NCBI GenBank assembly: GCA_030141605.1
Contig: JAQGDQ010000128.1
Coordinates: 463,771-527,770 of the forward strand
Length of the DNA: 64,000 bases
Reading direction: 5' to 3'
From: Tubiluchus corallicola
Taxonomy: Eukaryota; Animalia; Priapulida
Made by a program: the position numbers and the translations under genes. The notes beneath the pieces are model-generated. The model was not told the origin of the DNA. It saw nothing but the letters and a program-made list of their open reading frames with translations, and made no database searches. This document shows positions 24,901 through 36,238 of the stretch, piece by piece (position 1 is the stretch's first letter; every line of letters starts with the position of its first letter).

Positions 24901-27100
24901 ATGCATGGCACCGGATGAAGGACCTCGGCCAGTATACAAAAAGAACGGCTTCTTCTCTTCATACCTGGTTAAAATCCTATTCAGATCTCTGTAATAAACC
25001 AAATAATTTTAAATGTAAAATTTGGAATTAATTACTTTTAGGCACCATATTAGAATGATCATTTCAACAGTAAAGATCTATTGCATCAAATATGTATTAA
25101 TTAACTAGTATTACAAATAGAAACACCACAATTTAAATATGTTCATAAAAACTTTGTTGTCATTGTTTCAATTTGCAATACAGCATTCCTAAACATACTG
25201 AAGATCCAGCTAAAACGTAGAAAGTTCATAAAAAAAGTAGCTTGTCACACGATAACTTATACAATATACATGTTAGTCATATATCAATGTAGCTCGTTTT
25301 ACAGTAGCCTGGATGATAAAATGGCGGTACTAGCATGATTATGTAGGTTTGCATGTATTATTACTATGTGTACGAGTTTATACTGTGTAAATTAAATTGC
25401 ATAGTAGTAAACTTGCTAACCCACACACTTTGGAATAAATTCAACAATCTCAACAAATTTATCTGTAAGCTTTTGTGCTAAACTAAACTTGTACAGACAA
25501 TCGTAAACTTATAACCTACATAGCAGAAGTCTGACTGACGTGGCGTAGCTAACGAGGCAAAGGGGGCGGTCCAGCATGGGTGGCACTATCATCAAATGCA
25601 CTGAAAAAATTGATTCTGTCGGAACAGTAAAAAGGCAAAACATCTGACAAGTAAATTTTCCATGGAAACCCTGTACATTCTGTAGATTGGGACAAAGGAA
25701 GAGGATAATTAGTAATTTAACATGTATTTGTTGTTGTATTCTATAAATCCGAAGAGTCCAGTTCAAGTTTATAACATTTAATTATATAAACAACACGTAA
25801 AAGCTTAGTAACAAGCGGCTGCCAAGATCCAATCACATGGTCAAAAGTATAGCTACTCCAAAGAGACTATATAAATGTAAAACTTCTATAAGTTAAAAGA
25901 TTCATATCCTAAACAACATGTATCACATGTTGTTTAGGTTATGAACACTGCTATATCTGTCACATAGTTTTTTGTTGCTTTCAAAATTTCTGCACAGTAA
26001 CTGTGATATACATTTAAATTAAATAATCATGCTCTTTTCTACTTGAAAAAAGCCTTTGAGCATCATAACTTTAAAAGCATGTAGGGTGAATTTATTTCTT
26101 CACTAACAATTTTTTCCATTACTATAAGACCTCAATTATCCGGACACCTGCTATCTGGACCAACATATCTGGACTAGATAAGAAAAACTGCTATTGACAG
26201 TTTTTATCCATTTTAGCCTAAAAGGTTAAGGTTAACCTATGGACAGACCAGGTGTTCTGATCTGGGAACAGGACTTTGATCCCGATAATCGAGGGGTCAA
26301 ACTCAAGTCCAGCTCCAGGTGCCGCAAGCTCTAGCTATGCCACTGAGATCGGCTTCACAAACGTTATGACTTAAGGATGACGTACAATTACATATAGAGG
26401 TCTGACTTCCATCCAAACTGCCTTATCATCACCATTCAGTTCAGAACCAAATGTGACCGTACCTTGACAACTGGTCATACTTAACTGAATGATGTCACCG
26501 AACAGCTAACATACTTTAAAGGCATTGAAGGGCATTTTCAGTACAGACAAAATGAAATAACACAACTTACCGATGTGAGAAAAAGATTCCACGTCTGAGT
26601 AAATGATGAGCTTTTTGCCCAGTAACTGTTTCAAATCTTCGTATGAGTTCATCATCAATTTTTGAGCTACCAAATCTCTCTGTTAATAAAGCAAGCAACA
26701 AAAAATTTCAGCAATACTAACCCAAAATAAAAACCCCAGCCCTGGAACTTTGCTAGCATTAAAAACAATGACGAAAAATTCCCTCACACAATTCACTCTC
26801 AAAGTTATCAGCATTCTACTCAGTCAACTTGAAATATGCTTGAACTGAGTAGCTCCACCCAAAACAAACACTCGAGAAAGACACTCACTGCATGAATAAC
26901 AAGTAATAATTTACTCCCTGGAAGTAAAGGCCCATCATATCCCATCAAAAAACTGCGAAAATGAACATACTTATCAGTTTGTCATAATCAACGCCTTTCT
27001 CCGACGAAGCATGAACCTCCCACGGGCTTACAAAATCTTCATCTTGGTCATCGGCATTTAGCGACATTTGATTCAATGATTCATGAACCTCATTAGCCAT
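18953..27100 (-). CDS. WARS1: Tryptophan--tRNA ligase, cytoplasmic (about 409 aa, no WHEP domain)
   Basis: Minus-strand exons 27100-26971, 26679-26571, 24988-24869, 23308-23126, 22637-22424, 21376-21203, 20086-19946, 19111-18953 (TGA). Motifs: [27 protein letters not shown] (HIGH motif), AIDQDPYFR, KMSAS, FSGG. Confidence 0.97.
21671..22281. mobile_element. Non-autonomous Tc1/mariner-pogo (Tigger-like) MITE in a WARS1 intron
   Basis: Left end TA|CAGTAAACTCTGCATAACTCAAA; right end read on the minus strand TA|TAGTAATCTCCGCTTAATTCAAA. TTTGAGTT motifs recur near both ends. No transposase ORF. Confidence 0.7.
24602..24627. repeat. (AT)n microsatellite
   Basis: Uninterrupted AT dinucleotide run in a WARS1 intron. 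Confidence 0.9.
26120..26298. mobile_element. Decayed Tigger-like MITE remnant
   Basis: GACCTCAATTATCCGGAC at the left versus CCCGATAATCGAGGGGTC at the right (imperfect inverted match), with repeated TATC(C/T)GGAC motifs. Confidence 0.4.
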
Positions 27101-28118
27101 ATCAGTTATTTAAACTACCTGTAAATGACAAATGATATCGCCACTCGCTCCATATTGTAGACGAATTTAATCTCTGCTTATAAACCATTCTGCTCGCAAA
27201 AACATTACTTGCAAATTCTTATTTTAGAACTAACTGAAACTGGTAAATACGCTATCATGAATTCTATTTTTTCTGGCATTAAAAAGCTATGACAATTTAG
27301 TTGCCCGCTGCAGAAGAAAAAGTTCTCTCATTAGAATATACCACTCTGAAGTGATAAACAGTGAAGCATATAAACATTATACAAGTGCTACACTGTTTTG
27401 ATTTGGAAAATCAGCACAAGTCTAATATTGTTATTATTAACAAAATCTTTAGTATTACGAAAAGCACGTGCATGAATTATACAGCACCATTTTTGTACAC
27501 TGTGAGATTTGCATTTCTAGTTAACATATAAAAATGCAGAAGTATTTATGATAGGTAGGCTGATGTATACAGAAAAAAATCTGCATAAATCTTAATTCTG
27601 ATAAACAAAAAACTGATTCAAAAAGTGCAAGAACACCCAGAATTTGAAATGCAATGTCAACACACCTACATGACTGAACAGAAAACAATTCAAACACCAA
27701 AGTGTTGTAAGTTTATTGTACATAGTACTGCATGTGGCATATCACGTTTGCATAAATAGCATTTACTAATACTAATACTTATATTTCAGTTACTCTGTCA
27801 TCTGTCAGTTATCGTGGTACAATAAAAAAACGCTATGGACCAAAGTATTTTTTAAAACAAACCTTCTGCAATCATTCGTGTTTCATGAAATCGTGTACTA
27901 ACTACAGCATACACAAAAACACTGCTTAGGGTTATAAATAACAGAAGCTCTTAAATGCTACTCCAGTAAATTTCAAAACGACACTGTAATGCTAAATCAT
28001 TATTGTAAAGTACTGTTTACAAGCAACCAAACATCTAGTACTGAAAAATAATATTTACAAAAATTTACATCGAAAATCAATAATTAGAACTTTAATTTCA
28101 TCATTTTATATTTCATTT

Positions 28119-29774
28119 TTACAAGAAGCTTTCCATTTCTTTCATAAATGTATCATAAGCATCGTCCTTTGTTTTCACATTAGCTGGTGTTTGACGCATA
28201 GCAGTCACACCTCTAGTTTCCTCAAGTCCTAAAGCAGAAGGTTTCTGGGGCTTTTTGGTGGATTTCGCATCTCGCTTGACTTTTAAAGCTGTGGGTGTGA
28301 ACCTTGTCACATCTTGTATTGAACTACGAATTTGAGGTTTAGCTTCAATAGTTGCTGAGCTTTCATCTTCTTTTTGTTTTGGTCTGCTAATCAGACTAGG
28401 TGGTGCGGATAATATATTAGGATTTGAAGTTGAAGGTGGCATCATATGTGGAGGTATGATACCAGGAGGAAGTACGGGGGGTGGGCGCATCATGCGAGGT
28501 AGTGGCAATCCAGGAGGACGAAGAGGGGGTGGGCGCAGACTTGTTGGCAAGCCTGGAGGTGGACCAGGTGGCATACCAGCAGGCCGTCCAGGTGGAGGCC
28601 CTGGAGGAAGCAAGCGTGGAGCAATCCCCGGTCGCAGTGGAGGTGGCCGATTAAACATAGGTGGCAAAGGAATTCCAGGAGGGAGACCAGGGGGTGGCCC
28701 TGGAATTTCACCCTCAATAACATCAACTCCTGGAGGTCTCAATGACTCCTCTTTAGGTGTCTTTTCTTCATCAACAGGAATCATTGGAACTTGTTGCCCT
28801 GCCATTTTTAACATTTTTGCTTGCAATGAACCTACAGCTGGTTTAAATTTAACTCTTGTGTCCTTTTCTTCATCCTCTGGATTCCAGCTGTCATCATCTG
28901 CAAACCGGATAGTCCTTCCTTTAGCGACAGTATTTTCATTAACATTTTCTTTTCCAATATCTTCTTTGGCAGCACTCTGTTGTTTTAGCAACATAGCTGT
29001 AGCTTGCTGACGCTCTTCTAACAAGCGCTCATACTCCTTAACAGGGTCATATGCTTCGTCATCATCATCTTCAATTAAATTCTCATCAGGCCCACTAACT
29101 CTATCTTCTTCCTCGTCATCATCATCAGTTGAATAATCACTAAGTTCTGGAGGCATGCCAGGTGGCGCACCTGGTGGTTGTCGTTTTTTTGCTTTCTCAA
29201 TTACATTTTGGGGAACAGGTCCTGACGGAGGGCCAGGAATACTGCTCGTCTTTTTAAGTATACCATGCGGCTGCAGAGCTGGCAAAGGAATATCTCCTGG
29301 GAAAAGATGTGCATTGGATGCCTGAAGATCAAGTGCAGTGCTGTCAATAGGCAGAGGAATCTCCTCCAGCTGTACCCGTTGTGCTGATTTTACGGCCTCA
29401 TAATAAGTTATAAGTTCATTGCGTTTTTTATTGTAGTCTCCTTCGAGGCGTCTCAGCACAACATACATGTCAGGATCTTCTTTCTCATAGAGTCTAAGAA
29501 CTCGATCAAACGTTTCCTTAACCTTCCTCCTCTTGTCCTTCAAAACTTTCTCATTCAAAACAGGTGGATTATTTGGATCATATTCCATTGCATCAAGTTT
29601 TTCCAATTCTACAATCAAAGCTTGTGGATCTTTGCCTTTAAGAACTGCAGTTCTAACAAGCTGTCGCTGTTTCTTATTCTTTTTCAATTCTTTCTTTCGA
29701 GCTTCCTTGCGAGCTTGGTCAGTTGGATTCATAAATTTACCACTTTTAGTGGTATTAATTGATCGTCTGCCCAT
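28119..29774 (-). CDS. WBP11: WW domain-binding protein 11 (NpwBP/SIPP1 splicing factor), 551 aa, single coding exon
   Basis: Uninterrupted ORF from ATG at 29774. N-terminus MGRRSINTTKSGKFMNPTDQARKEARKKELKKNKKQR, acidic tract, PP1-type RVxF motifs (RTIRF, RVKF), PPGPPPG proline-rich repeats, C-terminus KDDAYDTFMKEMESFL. Minus-strand AATAAA at 27717-27712. Confidence 0.97.
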   Translation of the reverse strand: MGRRSINTTKSGKFMNPTDQARKEARKKELKKNKKQRQLVRTAVLKGKDPQALIVELEKLDAMEYDPNNPPVLNEKVLKDKRRKVKETFDRVLRLYEKEDPDMYVVLRRLEGDYNKKRNELITYYEAVKSAQRVQLEEIPLPIDSTALDLQASNAHLFPGDIPLPALQPHGILKKTSSIPGPPSGPVPQNVIEKAKKRQPPGAPPGMPPELSDYSTDDDDEEEDRVSGPDENLIEDDDDEAYDPVKEYERLLEERQQATAMLLKQQSAAKEDIGKENVNENTVAKGRTIRFADDDSWNPEDEEKDTRVKFKPAVGSLQAKMLKMAGQQVPMIPVDEEKTPKEESLRPPGVDVIEGEIPGPPPGLPPGIPLPPMFNRPPPLRPGIAPRLLPPGPPPGRPAGMPPGPPPGLPTSLRPPPLRPPGLPLPRMMRPPPVLPPGIIPPHMMPPSTSNPNILSAPPSLISRPKQKEDESSATIEAKPQIRSSIQDVTRFTPTALKVKRDAKSTKKPQKPSALGLEETRGVTAMRQTPANVKTKDDAYDTFMKEMESFL

Positions 29775-30865
29775 TTTTACGTGTTCCTCCCAATAACAAT
29801 TACCTCTACTCAGTCTCACCTTTTCTCTACTGCAGCTTTTCACTTCTTAACTCTTCCTGAAAACAAACAAAAAGGTCTCAACAGACCAATACACTTACTT
29901 TATTATAACAGATATTTGTTGCCCACACTTTGGTTAACAAGAATTTCAAAAGTCTCACAACTACCGTTACAATTTTGCAGCAAACCCATATACATAAATA
30001 ACAAAGCTCAGAACTTACTCGTGCCAAGTTTTCACTGTTAAATGCAAAATCTTTTCGCTGTCTTCAAATAACAATGCATGCATAATGAAAGAATATCAAT
30101 TGATTTCAATTATGCAAACTAACCATTTTACCCCACAAAGCTACCAGAGATATTAAAGGACAAGCTGTCGTTGACAAAACATGTACTTCCATTAAAGACC
30201 ATAATGGCTTTTTCACACTCTCTTCAGTAATTATGTGCATGTTGATGACTGGTGCAACACGAAATCAATGATTGGTTTATAATTATTGACAGTATCATAA
30301 AATTTAAGCTACACACTACATCTGTTAACTCGGATAAAAATACATCAATGACTTGATGTCAAAGAACTCTCAAACTGTGCAAAAGTTTCTTGTACTTTTT
30401 GTGGTTGAGCTACCGGAAAACAAAGATCTCATCATCTCTGTACAGATTCCAACACAGTTGCAGTGTGGGTAATTATTAAAGTAATTGTATCCAGTAGAAA
30501 GTAACCACTGCAGTGCTTTTTAACTTTTAGAAAAAATATTAACAACTCTTCATGCAGATTTCATGTATATTAATTAGCACTTTACTAAGTGAGGATGCAT
30601 GCTCGGATAAACTCTATCTATCTGTCTATGATCATGTAATGGCACTCTCCTACTCAGTGTGCCATTAGCAACACCTTCACAGAGCCTTGAGCAATGATGG
30701 ACAGCTCCACTTTGAGCATGCTCAGTAATTGCTGACTGTACAATTGTATTCATTTACATAATCAGCAACCTATCTAAGAAAGCTAGCAGTGTATCAGTTA
30801 CTGCCAACACCACTGCATTTGTACATAACCATATTGTTATGTCAATAAAGTGTTCATTTTAGTAC

Positions 30866-31766
30866 ACACCTTGGTATTTGTGCAACTCAAATTACACTCA
30901 TTGTCAAGAGCGGAGTAGGACACTAGCCGAAATAGGACAATTGCCGTACATGGGCTAGCCCAAGTAGGGCGCGTTGTACACGAGCTGCCCAAGCAAGACA
31001 CAGAGAGGGTTCACGCATTGAGTTGTTAACTGTAGTGGCAGCATCCGTTGTCCTTGTTTATCATATATATTAATTTCGGTGGTATATTATATATATATAT
31101 AACCGTCGAGGCTACAGCTCTGACGACGGCACCATTTTCGGCGATCTATACATCAAACGAAAGGTCCGGACTCACAGATTTGCCTTAGGAATTTAATAAT
31201 AACAATGGAAAGTGTCAATACATCATACAATTCATTACACATCTAATAAAATAAAAGAATCGTATCCTGAGTTAGTCAAACGAGCAATATTAAATTTGGC
31301 TTTAAGATCAATCTTTTTGAAGTGAAATAAGCTGCTTTTTAGGCGATTCCAACATCTGGTTAAGGTATATCATTTTTATTTTGTCTCGCTTCACAGACAG
31401 GTGATCCATTTCACTATGTGAACAAAACGCATGTTTTTGATCTTGCAAACTGGCCCTTTTTATTGATGCCAGCTTGCTTGCTGATTTGGTGAATCGTGTG
31501 TATCCGCGCTATGAGACCAAGCTGACAGCAACTCAGCCAACTAACACAATTTTTATTAAAATGAAGAAACTTTCACAAAATTTTTAAAAATTTGACAAAA
31601 TTCTCAATTCTCTAAAGTTAAAAGACTGAGAGAAATCGCCAGTGCCCTACTTGGGTTGCCTACGCACCACACTGTTTTTTTTGCAAATTTACAGCATGCG
31701 TTTTAGTGCAAGTGTTTTACTTCGGCTAGTGGCGTACTCCACGTCCTTTACTATAATACCGTGGTA
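30866..31766. mobile_element. Non-autonomous DNA transposon-like element (about 900 bp) with imperfect long inverted ends
   Basis: GCGGAGTAGGACACTAGCCGAAATAGGACA (~30911) matches the reverse complement of the ~31712-31742 segment (GTGGAGTACGCCACTAGCCGAAGTAAAACA). A second inverted pair is CCCAAGTAGGGC (~30959) / GCCCTACTTGGG (~31644). Central (TA)n tract. Boundaries approximate. Confidence 0.6.
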
Positions 31767-32177
31767 CAATTAAGAATCTTTTCAGTGTTTTAGACAGGCT
31801 GAACCTTGTCTAATTCTTTACTTAGTCATTCAAAGTTTTTCGCTGTCAATTACTCTGATTTGCGCTTCTCTAATGCCTGCTTATGTCGGACAAAATTTAA
31901 GCCAAATGCTGCCATCTGGCAACGAAAATAATATGAAAACAATTTACACTTCCTTTAAACATGGACTTCAAAAATGAGTTTTTTCTTCTAAACAAGAGAC
32001 TTTCGCTGAAACATTTTGATAAAAAATATTTCCATCATGATGTATCACACCGATTTGAAAACTGAAGTCTATATTTTGTCAAACCCATGCTAAAGTAAAA
32101 AGACGATTACTGTGTATTTCAACCACTCTCTTAACTGAAGACCGAGACATCATATTAAGCTTTAACTAATTACTCAC

Positions 32178-32325
32178 TTGTACACAGGAGGGCAGTAAAA
32201 ACGGTTTTTGAATTACCCAAATCAAATAATTAATACTTAAGTAAGTAAAAGCACATGGAACTCCTTACTTTTAGTAGCAAGAGCATTTCAACATGGCTGC
32301 GTTTACAGCGGCTATGATTGGATGA
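32178..32325 (-). promoter_or_regulatory. Putative minus-strand promoter and non-coding first exon for WBP11 (possibly also WARS1)
   Basis: On the minus strand: CCAAT box (~32321), YY1-like GCCATGTT (~32297), then donor consensus matches AAA|GTAAGG (32269/32268) and CAA|GTGAGT (32178/32177). The matching strong acceptor TTTGTTTTCAG| is at 29857/29856. Confidence 0.5.
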
Positions 32326-33149
32326 CTGGGACTTGGAGTGAAAATTCAATTCGTGTCCGCTTTATTTAAGCCGTCATTTCCATCATGTGGTTAACTGGTT
32401 ACTGGTCCGCTGGTTAGTGGTTACCCTTTTCATTACATTTCTGTGTTGCATTATTCTAACTTTTATCGTCGTTACCTTGGTTTTGGGCATTCAAAAACAA
32501 TAAAAAAAAGGACTGCACCATAATACAAAGTGTAATACAACGTTTTGCTAGGGGCATAGTAGAAAACATTAAGCTACAATTAAAGGACTGCAGCATAATT
32601 CAAAGATTATAAAGGAGAATTGCCAGTGATACAAAAATAAAAACACAAAACAATTTCTTATAACGAAATGTTCACTGATAAATGATTAGAGAAACTATCT
32701 TCCTCTCACTTAAGTTCATGGAAGCCGTGATCGTGCATCAGAGTGACTCACAAAACTTGCAATCTTGAAGGGTACGTTAGAGATTAAAATAACTTGTGGT
32801 CAAAGCCACTATTTATCGACAGATGTCTCTCAAGAGTGCCTGTTGAATATTGATCAATGGTATGTTCTTGAGTCATCGTAACCTCCACTTAGTCATTTAC
32901 AACTCCAATGGTTTTGGCCGTGTAGCAGACAAATTGGACATCTGGGTGATTTCCAGGCCATTTTGGTCTGCTCAATTCATACTCCTCAAGACTGCAAGCT
33001 GTGTGAGACGCACGAGTTTATGCATCTACATTAAATTCTGAGGGCATGATAGCTAATTTTAAAACATTGATTTGGTATCATTTTGATGTAATATTTCTTT
33101 TGTACTGTTGCTTGTCATTTTTGGAACCTCTCCGGGGCTAGCAGAAAGC

Positions 33150-35100
33150 TACATTACAATGATGACACTTATAATTACGATGCAGTTTGTGTGACGAAGT
33201 CTGGAATAGAGTTATCATTAAATTAGCCATCTATATCCTTGTGCGATTATGCATATGGTGCCAATTTCCCCAAGCAAGTTCCTATACGTAGCTGGGCCCA
33301 AATTGGCTGCTGTCAGGATGTCTTTAGTTTGAAGCTGTGGCTTGTATTTGTTTATTCATATGAAGAAAAAACAAGCACCAAAAATCCTAAGCTCACCCAG
33401 ATAGACAGCGACCACTGAAAAAGCAATCCTCAGTATAGTCTTATGATGACTTGTCTGCCAGCTAGCTAGTTAATTCTTTGATGAGATGAGTACAAATATT
33501 TTTGATGAGCAACCTAAGAGAAACGACTCTTATTTTTTGTGCTTTTCTTACTGCGTTCTCTTATGTAAACTAACATGAGCATGCTTTATAACATAACCTA
33601 TGCAAAAGTGAACTTCACTGTAGCAACTGAAATGTACTGCCACACATTACTTTGAGAACAAAAACAGAAGAAAAGTGAATAAAAGGAATCCCCTATGCAG
33701 CTAAAAGATTTGAAATCTCAATACAGATGTTGTGCAACTGTTTTACAGTTCACATTTTGTATGCTAGGGAGGATACAAATTGATGAATCTCATTTTAAGG
33801 CCAGTACGACTGACAGACATGGCATTAGAGTGTGGGAGCTGGAGTGACCAACCAAGAGTACAATCATAAGAGGTGTCTGCCATTGTGAAAGGCAACAGCA
33901 GTAGGAACAAATCAGCAGTTAGCAGCAGAAATGTTTTAATAATTTCTGTTGAAACGCATTTGATTGCATTGGTCATTTTTCAAATGGCATAATTATTTTG
34001 GTCTCCAATTTCCGAATTTGTCACTGAATCCCTTAAAAGATGATAGCACTTCAAATTTCTATGGTTGATTAATGGCAAATTTAAGAGCCTTTCAAGTAAA
34101 AAGCAGAAACTTCGGCTGTTGTACAAGAATGTAATAACAAGCAGTGTATGTCATTAATATCTGAGAGCTGCCACCAAATTAACAAACGAAGTACAAACAG
34201 CCATAATTGAATATGATCCTAAACTTACGAGTAATTTGGGTAAAAATGTAAAAGGTTTTTTAGATACTCTACGCAAGCATTTCGTCAAATCATGCACCAC
34301 ATCAGTTCTATTCAAGCCACTGAAGGATTTGTCATTTCTAGTGTATATCCCCCTCAGCCAACTAATGCCCCTGTTCCTCCTCCACCATGCTGTCAGCGAT
34401 TTGGGTTCACAATGAGTGATGTACACCAGAGACTAGTCTCATCAAGTCATCTGGGCCAAACGATATCAAGAGTATTAATATTGCTATAAAGAAAAAGCCA
34501 GCATGTCCCTTATATTTGTTGTTTAAAGAAAGTCACCTGATTGTGGAGCACTATATACCTCATGCTGGGTCACAGCTCATATGATTCCGATCCCAAATGT
34601 GCCGAAGCCGGAAAGTAATCTCCAACCAGCATTTTTGACATCTGTCATTGATATATAATTTGGAGTTCACTTATTTAAGTGCATCACTCTTAATTAACAA
34701 GCATCAGCAGATTCAAGGTCATTGCCTTCGAATTATGACTGATGAACAAGCTAAAGATGGTTACCCAATAGTATTAGAGATGCAAAACTATGATTATTAT
34801 TGATTGTTACAAAATTTTAAACGAGTTGATCATATTGAAAGTAAAAATGACTTCAATCTCTATCCCAACTCATCGCTATTATGATCTACGTGGACATTCG
34901 ATGGAACTCTCCCAGGTTTTCTATCGTACTAACATAAAAGGTCACTTTTTCACCGAAAAAGTTATTCCCTGCTGGAATGCCTTGCCAAACGATGTGAAAT
35001 ATAGTGCCTCACGTATCACTATTTTCAAATGTAAATTGTGGGCTTAACGTCAAAGCCATGCAGCAGGTTGAGTTAGTAAACTTGAAAAATAAATTGAAAG
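33150..35100 (+). mobile_element. Heavily degraded CR1/L2-like non-LTR retrotransposon (ORF2 remnants)
   Basis: Collinear fragments: endonuclease-like YDAVCVT..W (~33175-33205), RT-start-like WVTAHMIPIPNVPKPESNLQPAFLTSVI (~34566-34650; compare WKxAxVxPIxK...RPISLTS), and C-terminal LRGHSMEL...HFFTEKVIPCWNALP (34790-35047 ORF). Many stops, frameshifts and internal deletions. Confidence 0.7.
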
Positions 35101-35719
35101 ATAAAAGACAATAGAAATGATTTAATTTGTTTTTCTTTTCTCTCTACTGCATATTTAGTTGTGCCTTTTCATAAGACACTGCCTTCTTCTTATCCATATA
35201 ACTATCAATTGTGTTTCGCTAAAAATTGCCACAGTCTCTCGTTGAAAACAATACATTATAAAACAGTTGCACAACTAAAATTTGAGCATTGACTATATTA
35301 GATAATTATATCAACATGCTCTCATGGTCTCCAGTTATTTATAGACTTTTCAACCTTTAATTACGCAACTGAAAATTGCAATCTGCACAGGGCCTTAGTA
35401 TATTTCAGATGTTCTATTTTCTCGCTGTAGAATTATTCTCTTTGTAGTACTTATACTAATTCGTGTTTTAAATTTTCGAACTTTTAAGAATGACAATAAT
35501 TGTTTTTGCAATATCTTACCATATCTTAACATTTGTTTATGAAAACAACTTTGCACCAGCTGGTTTATGTAGTATTTAACGTGTATTGCTTTGCCAACGT
35601 ACATTGTATGTATTTGTATAAAACTGAACCCGAATTGAATCTGCAAGTAGTTGTATAAAATAAACTAGGACCGAAGCGAATTTAACCAAAAAAGATGTAA
35701 ATTTCTTTTTGTGTCAAAT

Positions 35720-35781
35720 TTCCGAAAATTCAACATGGGCTGGTGTTTAGCGTTTCTACAGCACGTATATGTATTACGAAG
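35720..35781 (+). promoter_or_regulatory. Putative non-coding first exon of WDR25
   Basis: YY1-like CAACATGG at 35731, donor AAG|GTAAAC at 35781/35782, acceptor TTATAG| at 36190/36191, ATG at 36239. Confidence 0.45.
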
Positions 35782-36238
35782 GTAAACAACAAACCATTGG
35801 AAACTACAAAATCCAACAAATAAGAAGCTTGCATATGTCATTCATTGAAGTTGTGTGAGGAATAGCCAGTAATCAATGCAGTTTAGTGAATGAAACTTAA
35901 TCACTATTGCGTATTATACTTTTTTATAGACTTCGCGAGTTATAGTCTAGTAGTAGTACTAGTACTATACTAGTAGTAGTACTAACTACTATAGACTGAA
36001 TTCATAGAGCAGCATTGGGTTTTCTAGATGTATGGAAATGGCATGAATGTCAGTTTACAGGCTTTACTGACTAAAACTCCATTTATCAACACGACGCTAA
36101 GTGTTTTTTAATTGCTTCACAATGTAGATAGGAGATATAAATGCAAACATCATTTCTGGGCTAAAAAATTGTTTTTTTTATCTGTTATAGATCAAGAAAT
36201 GTTTGAAATAATTCTAGCTTGACCAGTACTATTTAAGA

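Noticed and set aside
26425-26495. Bulged hairpin next to a GTGATGA (C-box-like) motif on the WARS1 sense strand
   Set aside because: No matching D box or terminal stem for a snoRNA, and it is intronic so not a SECIS; too weak to call.
28456-29010. Gly-rich 184-aa ORF on the + strand
   Set aside because: It is the antisense shadow of WBP11 proline codons (CCN reads as NGG); no independent evidence.
29775-29843. 23-aa N-terminal extension of WBP11 in the ORF track
   Set aside because: It starts at GTG; the conserved MGRRS start is the ATG at 29774.
35941-35997. Quasi-palindromic TAG/CTA-rich tract
   Set aside because: Low-complexity sequence in which self-complementarity is expected.
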